From assembly GCF_001194135.2 (NCBI RefSeq), contig NC_068991.1, forward strand, positions 43,877,782 to 43,941,551: a stretch of DNA of 63,770 nt, in the 5' to 3' direction. Under the pieces are notes generated by a model, which worked only from the letters and a program-made list of their open reading frames with translations, did no database searches and was not told the DNA's origin. The position numbers were made by a program, and so were the translations under genes. The stretch comes from Octopus bimaculoides (Eukaryota). Numbering within the stretch: position 1 is the stretch's first letter; the number at the start of each line of letters is the position of its first letter. Positions 50,826-61,750 of this stretch are shown here, piece after piece.

Positions 50826-51211
50826 ATAGTTTAGAAGCCTGCTACAGCGCACTGAAAAACACAGTGAGTATTAGTCATCCAAATATTTGGTAACTTATTG
50901 ATGTAATTAAATGTGAGGGAAGGTTTGCCAGTACCAAATTGCAGAAGTTTATGCAAGGAGAAGAACCAAGCCAATAGTAAAAATACAGAGATATGAACCT
51001 GCGTATAAAAAATGTCATGGTAAAATATGATCGAAGCCAAAAAATTCTTTTTCTGAAAGCAATTGCACACAATCTTAAATTTTAAGAAAAAATAAATATG
51101 TAATACAGCAAACCTTAAAAATAAACGTTTTTTTTTTTTATTCAGATATTCGTTCTTCCATTTTTCCTATGATCTCAACGAATTGACCTGGGTACAAATT
51201 GATTGGACACC

Positions 51212-51239
<28 letters not shown>

Positions 51240-51265
<26 letters not shown>

Positions 51266-51505
51266 ATATATATATTATATATATGTATGTATATGTTTGT
51301 GTGTCTGTGTCTGTCCACCTCCCACCATTGCTTGACAACCGATGTTGGTGTGTTTAAGTTCCCATTACTTAGCAGTTCAGCAAGAGAGATCGATAGAACA
51401 AGTACTAGGCTTACAAAGAATAAGTTCTGGGGTCAATTTGTTTGACTAAAGGCAGTGCTCCAGCATAGCCACAGTCAAATGACTGAAACAAGTAAAAGAA
51501 TAAAA
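51240..51505 (+). mobile_element. SINE A 3' half (head-only piece at 52735-52890)
   Basis: Family motifs. Confidence 0.8.
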
Positions 51506-51509
51506 AAAT

Positions 51510-51800
51510 CAAACTGATTGAGTAAACTAGAAAACATTCCCTCAAGAGCTACAAATTTTATCAGCTGTTCAACAAGAACAACATAAAAATGAGTTATCGT
51601 TGTATGAAAAGCATGAAATATGTCAAATGCAAAATGGAAGGAGCAGATAATCAATAGCCAAAACATAACTTTGCCTACTAAAAAGAAAATGCTTTGAGGG
51701 AAGCACAGTACTCCATACCAGTAACTCCTCCAATAACAATACATCAATGGGCAAAATATCAACATAAAACTCTTCAGAATGTTGCCTGCACCAGCTTATT
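51510..51800 (+). mobile_element. Second Penelope-like fragment (RT-to-GIY-YIG linker)
   Basis: KHSLKSYKFYQLFNKNNIKMSYRCMK parallels the HFP...HKLFN..NIK..YSC motif of the 42.8-kb relic. Confidence 0.65.
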
Positions 51801-51982
51801 TTATCACTGATAGATGGAGTATGACACAGGACTGTCAAAAAATATATTTTGAAATCGAGCAATAATGGATAAATTAACATTACAAAATATAAGATAAAGC
51901 CCCAGCATTTAGAAACGATTCCAAATATTTTGACTAATTTCAGAGTAAGTTTACATATTATTCACCACTTTACTCTAATATT

Positions 51983-52410
51983 GGCACAAGGCAATAATTT
52001 TGTGGTGGGACAAGTCAATTACATCGACTCCAGTGTTCAACTGGTACTTATTTTATCGACCCCAAGAGGATGAAAGGTAAAGTCAACCCTGGGGGCATTT
52101 GAACTCAGAATATAGTTGGGAAAAATGCTGCTAAGCATTTTGTCTGATGCACTATCAATTCTGTCAACTTGTTGCATTGCTACTCTATTCTAATACTGGT
52201 TTCAAATTTTAGCACAAGACCAGCAGTTTTGGGGAAGGGCTAAGTTGATTATATCAACCCCAGCACTCAACTGGTGCTTGTTTTATTGACCCATGAAAGG
52301 GATGAAAGACAAAGTTGGCCCTGTCGGAATTTTAGAATGTAAAGATGGCTGAAATGCTGCTGAACATTTTGCCCAACGTTCTAACAATTCTGCCAGCTCA
52401 CCACCTTGCC
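51983..52410 (-). mobile_element. Two tandem SINE B copies
   Basis: 51983-52180 and 52195-52410; TTACTCTAATATT flanks both sides. Confidence 0.85.
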
Positions 52411-53119
52411 TTACTCTAATATTAAACAAAAGAAACAAACTTATTTTTTAACATGCTGACACATGTCCAAATTCTTTCTCATGAACTTCAAAACAGATCT
52501 TTCTGATACATTATGGGAAACAATCAATGTCAAAGTGCAGCAAAAGCAATGTAAGCTATTATTAATAATTTCTTCTCAAACCAGTGGTGATGTAAAGTTG
52601 ACCAAAACGCCTGTTAGATTAAATCATGCTTTGGATAATAATCTGATCCTGCTTGCATTACATATGAATAAAATATATAGATATACATAGATATGTAATT
52701 CATACATAAATATTTATTTATATGTGGGTGTGAGGTGCAGGCATGGCTGTGTGGTAAGAAGTTTGCTTTCCAACCAGATGATTTCAGGCTCAGTCCCATT
52801 TTATGACACCTTAGGCAAGTGTCATCTACTGCAGACCCAGGCCAACCCATGCCTTATGAGTGGATTTGGCAGACGGAAACTCACAGAAGCTTGGAAGATA
52901 TCTTGACCATTGCTTTTTGAGCAATTAGTCCCTGTCAGCATGTATGTATACAATTATGTGCTTTGACTGCAGCATTAGAGTGTTTAGCTCTTATTTCTAG
53001 CTATGTAGGTGTTTCTAACACCCGCAGTCATATTTAATGACGGTTATAGTTTTCCTTTATGGTATACATTGCTTACTGCTACTTACATTAATTATGTGTG
53101 TGTGCATGTGTACGTGTGT

Positions 53120-53375
53120 GTGTTACAGGTGAGGATTGGTGACAGGAAGCGCATCCAGCTGTGGAAAATTCACTTCAACGAATTCCATAGATGCTTTCAG
53201 CTTCCACTCTGTAAAGTGGTTGGTATTAGGAAGGACGACATCCAGCTGTAAAAACTATGTCAAAATTAACAGTGGAGCTTGGTGCAGTCCTCTCGCTTAC
53301 TACCTCCTGTCAAACTGTTCGATCCATGCTAGCATGGAAGATGGATGTTAAATGATGATGATGATGATGATGATA
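53120..53375 (+). mobile_element. RTE-type 3' tails with (GAT)n
   Basis: GGAAG..CATCCAGCTGT motif twice; CATGCTAGCATGGAAG...(GAT)n. Confidence 0.75.
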
Positions 53376-53376
53376 T

Positions 53377-53410
<34 letters not shown>

Positions 53411-53662
53411 GAAACGCCTAGTTTAGAATAGAGACAGCTGATGAAGGAAAAGTTCCATAAGTGACTTGTCTGTTTTCCTTTGTGTTCATTCTGTTGTCTG
53501 TAAAAAAAGTCCATTTTTAGTGCTTTGTTTATGTTCCCATTCCTTTATTGTCCACGTTTTTTGACGTCCTGTACCCGGATATGCATCTATATATACATGT
53601 AGATGTAGGTATGTACATATATGTATGTATACATGCATATGCTCATATATCANNNNNNNNNN

Positions 53663-53712
<50 letters not shown>

Positions 53713-53821
53713 ACCTAGATATATATAGACATATATCAAAACATATGTAGATATATATATATATATATATAACATGTATATATATAAACGTGTGTGTGTG
53801 TGTATATTTATATATATATAT

Positions 53822-53867
<46 letters not shown>

Positions 53868-54334
53868 TATATATATGTGTGTGTGTATACATAGTCAAAC
53901 ATTCATACACAGCACACATATCAACATGATGTTTTGTTGTGTATTTTGAAATCGTCTTATCTACTGTTAAAAGGAAATGTTTTAGATAAATCTAAAAGAT
54001 ACAATGAAATTGTTATTTCCTTCTGTTTTGATTGTTTCACCAAGTGATTTTTGGAATGTTATACCAATGCTACAAAATGTTCCCATGAATTGATAAGATA
54101 CTTATCCTCTTTCTGTCTTCAATATCTGAGTTTTGTTATTGTTTTCGTTGATAGTTTTCAAGAACAATGGTAGAGTATTTTATTGTAGTTAGTCTTTGCT
54201 TCAACTCTTTACCTCTCATCGATCTGAGGATGAAATACTGCATCAGAAATTATTGTTACCCATTGCTTGAATGTTAATTTTTCTTCCTTGTCGTCAGTAT
54301 CACGGTCATCATCGCTGCCGCCACCACCATCGTC

Positions 54335-54340
54335 GTTATT

Positions 54341-54404
<64 letters not shown>

Positions 54405-54405
54405 A
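54335..54405. repeat. (CAT)n/(CAC)n microsatellite
   Basis: Direct reading. Confidence 0.95.
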
Positions 54406-55279
54406 TAACTACATCCCCATTATCTGACAATTGTTTTACTATACCAGTATGGATTAAATAATTTTGCTATGCAGAATGTATGTATGCTATGTTCTTATCT
54501 TAACTCTAAGGCTTAGTTAATATTCACTTGTCAATCTTTACTATTTTCCAAGTCTTTGTGTCATGACTACTACATGTATGTTCCATCAAGCAAATCATAC
54601 CATCATTCCATTTCACATGCACAGTCTATCCACATTGCATGAGGTTACAACATTTACATGGTGGCATATGACATTTCTCCTGAAATAGATTAAAGCAATA
54701 TTATAACACATAAATGCTTCACCTCCTGTATACCCAGTACCACAATATATTAAATCCCAAACTAGTGCTACATGACTAGAAGCTCTACCAACGTTGCCAA
54801 GGGGAAATGTTTGTTGTTTAAATATTACAACTCAAATATGATGATAAATTAATTTCTCTACTTTTGTTATAAAGCTTCATGCATTTAGTGTATTTAGTGC
54901 TTACGTGTCACTGACATATATCATCATACTTTCCTGCAGCTTCATCATAATATTTCTTTACCTCATAGCATTACCCGTATTACATAGATTAAAAATTTAT
55001 GGACTGTTTCTAGCCAGCCATGCAATCAGTTAATGGTCTTTGGTGAAATGGTAGTGTGAACTCTTAACAATTCTAGCACATCTGGTACATTAAACTCTTT
55101 TGATTCCTCAGTAACCATACTAATGGTGGTTATATTGCTTTTGCTTGTCTAGATAGTTTATATTAACTATACAGTGTAACTACCTATCTATTTGGCTTCA
55201 TGAATTGCAAAGTGTAGAAAACTCAATGTAGTAAATAATTAGCTTTGGATAAATGATATATATATGTTCATGTATTTGT

Positions 55280-55539
55280 TATATTTGGTCTTCACTTCAG
55301 GTTTATTATTATTATTTTAGTTCCTTTGTCAAAGCTCTTTTGTCACACATCCTGTGACCTCTTTGGTGACTCACTATCCAATGTGGTATACCACAGAAAG
55401 ACAAAATGGAATAAACAGGACAAGAGGAGACATGTGGGATAGAGAGTCACTGAAGAGCTCACAGGATGTATGATGAAAGAGCTTTGACAAAGAAACTAAA
55501 ATAATAATAATAATAAAGCTGAAGTAAAGACCAAATATA
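55280..55539. mobile_element. Fold-back element with about 100-bp arms carrying a hammerhead-like motif
   Basis: Arms 55280-55379 and 55437-55539 are inverted. Right arm: GTCA-CTGAAGA-stem II-GAAA-GAGC-T-T-TGAC (55446-55488). Confidence 0.75.
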
Positions 55540-55712
55540 TAGTGCGTTGTTCAGCAGGTACTTATTTTATCAATCTAGAAAGGGTGAAATGCAATGTTAA
55601 CCTTGGCAGAATTTGAGCTCAGAATGAAGAGACAAATGAATGAAATGCTGCTAAGCATTTTTCCTGTTGTGCTAATGCTTCTGCCAGCTTACCACCTTCA
55701 TATTGCTAACTA

Positions 55713-56571
55713 TGAGGTGGTATCAAAAGGTTCCCAGACTATTTATGTTTAATAAAAAAATAACTTATTTACCTAAGTTTTGATGTCATCTTCAAAACAT
55801 TCGTTTTGTGCAGTAATACACTGATCCCAGCATCCCTGTCACTTTTGGAATCTGGCCTGGAAGTTGTTTTCCATAAGTGAGGACCTGTGATTCACTCTGA
55901 ATCTCGACAACAGTGTTAAAATGGCACCTTTTGAGCTGTATTTTCATCTTGGAGAAGAGATGGAAATTCACAAGTGCTAAATCTGGTGAATAAGGTGAGT
56001 ACAGAAGTGATACTATGTTGTTTTTGGCAAGAAACTCATGAGTGAAGAGAGCTTGGTAACAGAGTGCATTGTCATCATGAAGAATCCAATTCTTCATGCT
56101 CCACAGATCTAGTCACTTCCACCAAATGTCCTCCCTCAAACACTTCAAAACATTGCAGTAGAACTCTCAATTAATGGTTTGGCTCTGGGGGACAAATTCT
56201 TAATGCACAATACCATATTTCTGGGGGTGATGCTCATGGCAGGTCTTCCAAGGACATTCTTCTGCTTTTGAAGTGCCCATGCTACTCAAAACATTGTGTA
56301 CGCCTTGTCACAGTAAGTTTGCTGAAGTATGCTCAATGTCTCTGTAGCTAACTTCCCAAGTTTAATGCAAAATTTCATGTTAGCTCTTTATTCCTGTCCA
56401 TGACAAAATCACAGACTACACATAAACAAAAGTTTCACAACTTGTGAAGTAAACACAATGATGTCGCTCAGCACACTGCCTCATGAAGGTCACTCACTGC
56501 ATGCACAACCATGCACTGCCATCTGTTGGCGCACTACAGAACTAGTACAGGAACTTTTTGATACCACCTCA
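55713..56571 (-). mobile_element. Internally deleted mariner, 859 bp
   Basis: TIRs TGAGGTGGTATCAAAA(G/A)GTTCC with TA on both sides. ORF 55792-56097: LHDDNA...YSPYSPDLA. Confidence 0.92.
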
Positions 56572-56822
56572 TATTAAACTCACTCCTCACTACCTACCAA
56601 GGTTAATTATAATTTTCATTCATTAATCAAAATTTTAGGTTGTCTCCTTTGCCTTTCTTAACCAGAATTTGTCATTAGTTAATGACTGTTGTCATCACTT
56701 AATGTAATTTTAATTCAAATTGCTTGGCTTACTTACACTATATCTGCTGTTGCCTACCTCTCTATTGTATTTTCAAGCAGTAGGCACCCCTAGACATATT
56801 TCCTCAGTCATTCTGTACATAA

Positions 56823-56856
<34 letters not shown>

Positions 56857-57129
56857 TAAGTCACAGTATAGTTCCAAGAATACTTAACCTGATATCAAAT
56901 TTAGATAATAACTATGATCAGATAATGATGATGATAATGTTGACAATCACTTGAATTATACTCTTAAATACCTTCTTTACATAGTCAAGAAAAAGCAAGA
57001 GTTCAAGTTGAGTCTTTTAGCTGTAAGTTGATGTACAATTATGTTTGCTGGCATTGCAATGTTTTTTTTATTGTTTTGTTTTTTTTACCAGGTCTATTAT
57101 GCTATAGTATGTATTCCCTCTTCATGTTG

Positions 57130-57350
57130 AATATTGGTTTCAAATTTTGGCACAAGACCAGCAGTCTTGAGGAAGGGGCTAAGTTGGTTACATCGACCCC
57201 AGTGCTAAACTGGTACTTATTTTATCAACCCTCAAAGGATGAAAAGCAAAGTCAACCTTGACAGAATTTGAACTGAGAATGTACAGACAGATGAAATGCC
57301 ACTAAGCATTTTGCCCTGCATACTAACAATTCTGCCAGCTCACTACATCA
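57130..57350 (-). mobile_element. SINE B (others: 33050-33190 -, 55555-55700 -, 60385-60570 -, 62935-63210 +)
   Basis: Family motifs. Confidence 0.85.
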
Positions 57351-57352
57351 AG

Positions 57353-57459
57353 AAAAATATGGAATGCTTCATGAATTTACATGTTATTCTTGCACAGGGG
57401 CGATGCTAATGTCCTCTGTATCATTCTAATTCTAGTATATGTACAGCCAAAGCTAGTAC
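57353..57459 (-). pseudogene. U6: Full-length U6 snRNA pseudogene
   Basis: Ungapped alignment to the human U6 sequence as I recall it: 88/106 identical. ACAGAGA box mutated to ACAGAGG; many CpG transitions; ends in TTTTT. Confidence 0.93.
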
Positions 57460-57569
57460 TTTCATATTATCACACAAAACAATACTATCACACAAAATAT
57501 TATCACACAGAATATCGTCACACAAAACAAACTGTTAACATCATTCTGTCTTTCCTTCACTATTATTAC

Positions 57570-57722
57570 TGGCAGACTTTAGATCATGTAGGTGTATTTT
57601 TACCCACTCCAATGTTTACACACGGCCAGTCATATGTCGCTCTGAGTAGAGCAATGGACTCCAGTAATTTGAAAATTAGTGTCGACCAAACAGAAAATGT
57701 CATCTCCAAAGACATTTTGTAA
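57570..57722 (+). mobile_element. Helitron/PIF1-family helicase C-terminal tip
   Basis: QTLDHVGVFLPTPMFTHGQSYVALSR matches the PIF1 motif GQTL..VG..L..PVF.HGQLYVALSR. Confidence 0.8.
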
Positions 57723-58079
57723 TCATATTGGTATTATTGAAAGGAATGTGATTCATAATTTAAATAAGGAAATTTGTGAACTTTGAATGTATAAGAGTAT
57801 AAACAAACATAAAATAGTGTAAACAACTAAAATAAAAGTATATCTAAATAACATTTCTTCTTAATACTCTTTATGTAGTGGTCGAAGGAAGCTCTGACTT
57901 TCATTAAGAGTGGTCCACATAACCATTCGTGATACAGAGGCTGGGAGCCTATTTCAGTTCAGGAGTGAATCGTCATCGCATGTCACTTAGTCGCAAACAC
58001 ATGTCAATAGATATGACCAACTATAATGTGATTTCTCTAAGACATCACCCAGTGTGATTCCCCAAGAGACTTAGCAGTG

Positions 58080-58720
58080 GCTTATAACTGTCACTAACTA
58101 AAAGTGTGGCCTATCAAAAAGATTCTGAACTTTTCACTGGTCCATGTCAACACCAGTACCTCTTTTTTGATATGACCATATCTCTGCCCAACTGATGTAA
58201 GAGATCTGGAAGCATAATTGACAGGCCTCCATTCCTCATTCTGTTTCTGTTGAAAATAAACACTCCCAGTCTGAAACTGGATGTATCTGCTGACACTTAA
58301 CATCTCCAAACTATTCATGATTTGGGTTTGGTTGGCTCTCCAGAGCCAGTGATTTTTCATATGCAGCAAGTCTCTTAGGAGTTTCACCTTTTCTGCTAAC
58401 TTAACTTTCCTGATATATCATTCCCAGGAAGCTACATGGCTAACTTACATTGGGGGGCTCCTGCATATCTCTTTCTTATTGTTGTGGTTTTACTTGAGTC
58501 TGACTTTACTTGTTTATTTGAAATGATGTGACCCAGGAAATTAACCTCCCACTTATATTCCCCTAAGTTTAGAATTATTCCTGCATTCTCAATTTCTTCA
58601 GCATCACATGAAGTCAAGAGCCAAGTTCCTTCTGTGTACACCATCATATAACTACATCATCTACATTTCAAAGAATGTCCTCTAAACTCTCTGCAGCCTC
58701 TGCAACAATTCTATTTGTTG
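58080..58720 (-). mobile_element. Ty3/Gypsy pol relic (RT end + RNase H)
   Basis: VNFLGHII; WRPVNYASRSLT..QRY..IKKE.L...W..EKF. Confidence 0.85.
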
Positions 58721-60894
58721 CTTCTTTATATTAAAGCATACTTTTCCACATACCACATTCTTCAATAAAAAATACAAGAAATCTATCTTTAATTGTGCCA
58801 TACTATAGTTATTCAAAGTCAACTTTGGATAGATTCAACCTTTTAGAATAATGTTTCATGTCCACCACCCCATCCCACAAACACACACACACATATAGAC
58901 TTACACCACAATATCTACATACTATTTTTAATTAATTTAAATTTGACTTGTATTTCATGATGAGATAAAACATAGTGTAAGTTAAGTGCTGGGGGATCAG
59001 TTTAATTCTCCCAAAACTTGTAGCTTTATACAGTGTTAGAAATCAATATTTATTTAGTTGTATTGCTTTATCTCCTATATTGAAATCCTATCAGTTTAAT
59101 TTGCCTTTCATCTCCCCATGATCAATATAAAAAAAAATACTAGTCATGTGCTGGTGTCATTTCAATCAACTATATGTCTCACCTTTATAAGTTTATGGCC
59201 GTGTGCCACTGTGAAAAACAAATCGTTATTCCACTTATTTTCTATTTTCTATTTTCACCTTGATAAGTTTACAAATTTGGAACAAATGAAATGACTGCAA
59301 ACAATGGCTGATTCTTTCATATGACCTTATATCTCTTTTGGCTTCATTAGTTAAACTTTCTCAGTGCTTTATTGTCTTTATAAGTTGAGTACTAGATAAT
59401 CGGTCTAGCATGAAAGCCTTGGCTATTGTTCTCAGAAAGATGCATTGTAACACTTTTGATGTGTTGTGAAGAAGCTGAGAATTTCAGATTAAACCACCTG
59501 CTTCTAAACTATACAAAGATCCTTACTTGCTGAGTTAATTTTGACATTAAAATCAATATCTCAATTATTATTGGTTTACAGTTCTCAAAATAGCTTAAAG
59601 CTATTTATCTCACCTTAATGACATAGTTTTCAGCTGAAAAACAAGAGTGATTCCATCAAAAGAGCCAAAGAAAAGAAAATCAAATACCATTATTTTGAGC
59701 CATCATCTGTCATTAGAGAGAGAGAATGTGTGTGTGGAAGGGATGTTGTGTTCATTCAAAGATGTTACACACTACCACGATATCATACATTATTTATTAT
59801 TAACAAACTACATTGTTTAGTTAACTAGCAGCTGCATTCATGTACCTTTCAACATAGGTGCAATCACATTCATGTGAAATGGAAGAAAATCTATATTCAT
59901 TTTTATGTATGTTTATGTACATAAAGCACACACACATTTGTAACTTGGAATATTAAGATTTATCTTTGCAGAAATTTAATTAAGACTTTCTTTTTGTGAT
60001 TAGTTTTTCATTTCTTGTCGTATATTTAAGTTTTATAAATGTAATAATATCTTGAAATAGTGTAAATTTATTGATGCAAGCAAGGGATGAGTATGGAGAG
60101 AGGCAAACAAATGTGAGGTTTAAACTGAAAAAGAAATATGTGAATAAGCATTGAAATACCACCACTATCGTCACTATCACTGTTTTCATCAACATCAGCT
60201 CAAACAAGACAGTCTCCCTCAAATCATCATTATCATTTTAATGCCTACTTTTCCATGTTTGCATGAATCAGACAAAAGTATGTTGGAGCAGAGTTTTCTA
60301 TGGATGGATGTCCTTTCTATTGCCAACCATTATTTGTTTCTAAGTGGAGTAATAATTCTTTCTACTATAGGTACAAAACCTGAAATTTTGTGGGAGAGGA
60401 TTAGTCAATAATATCAACCCCAGTACTCAACTGGTATTTATTTCAACCCTGAAAGGATGAAAGACAAAATCAACGCTTGGCAGAGTTTGAACTCAGAACA
60501 TAAAGACTGATGAAATGCCGCTAAGCATTTTGTCAGGCATGCTCAACAATTTTGCCAGCTCGCTACCTTTCAGTGGAATTATAATCACGATGTGCCTATG
60601 TGGAGAACTGGAAACAAACAAAAACAGGGAAACAACAACTGGAAGCAAACATGAACAAGTTTTTTGTCTATAAAGATCATGCAACATGTCAAGACATGCC
60701 AAGAAACCTGGACATGCTTTTAGAGTGGACTGCAAGCAAATGGCACTATTACCAAAGCTGTTGTTTACAAACAGCAAGTGAACATATGTAGACAAAGGAA
60801 ATGGAAACTCTCTCTCTCTCTCTCTCTCTCTCTTTTCTCTCTCTCACTCTCTCTCTCTTATATAATGATATTTTTTCAATAGAAATATTACCCT

Positions 60895-61320
60895 AGTAGG
60901 CATGTTCTTCCAGCAATTTCCAGTTTGTACCCTTCTTCTCGTGTATAGCCCCCTCCAGCAAAATTTCCTTCAGTTCTTCAGGATAATTAGTAGTATCTTC
61001 TGTACCACCATCCATTTTAGTGTTTAGCAGCAATTTAATGTACCACTTAAATCTTTTGAAGTAGCCTTTACTAAAAATAAAAGGTTTTGCATCAAAAGTT
61101 GTAGCTCACACCTTAAAAACTGTCATACATGTTTATCTGTCACCATGTTTATCTGCACACTACTTCCAGTTCAACCATCAATTTACACATTAAGAAGCCA
61201 TTCCATTTTTAAGTGTCACATCAGATTCCTGAATAAACAATGTCTGGGTATTTAATGGAGTGGCCTCAAGAGCATTTGACCGTAATTTTATTTTTATTGT
61301 TATATATTGTTCTCTGTGGT
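60895..61320 (-). mobile_element. Tigger/pogo-like transposase relic
   Basis: KMEWLLNV, FSKGYFKRFK, NYPEELKEILLEGGY (frameshifted), WKLL resemble Tigger FKASRGWF.RFK...YPEDLAKII.EGGY. Confidence 0.65.
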
Positions 61321-61537
61321 GAGAAATTCTGTTGCTAGTTCTAATCACATACAAGCTTCCTCATTGGCCTACTTAGTAGGTATGAAAGGCTAAGTCAACT
61401 TCCCAGCTGGTTTTGAACTTCAATATTACAGCCAGTCCATCATCTATCTTTCTAATGATCAAACAATCATAACATCTATTTTACAAATTATCACTGAGGC
61501 ATGTATAAATATATCTAGCAGATACCACTATATAATG

Positions 61538-61750
61538 ATTTCAAATTTTGGCACAAAGCCAGCAAGTTTAGGGGAGAGAGTAAGTCGATTACATCAACCA
61601 CAGTGCTCAACTGGCACTTATTTTTTCAACCTTGAAGGGATGAAAGACAAAGTTGATCTCAGTGAAATTTGAACTCAGAACATGAAGACAGACGAAATGC
61701 TGCTAAGCATTTTGCCTGGCATACTAACGATTCTGCCAGCTCACTGCCTT
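61538..61750 (-). mobile_element. SINE B with a perfect 17-bp TSD
   Basis: GATACCACTATATAATG at 61521-61537 and 61751-61767. Confidence 0.92.

Noticed and set aside
60900-61070. Apparent minus-strand host exon (KGYFKRFKW...MDGGTED...)
   Set aside because: Better explained as a frameshifted Tigger/pogo transposase relic.
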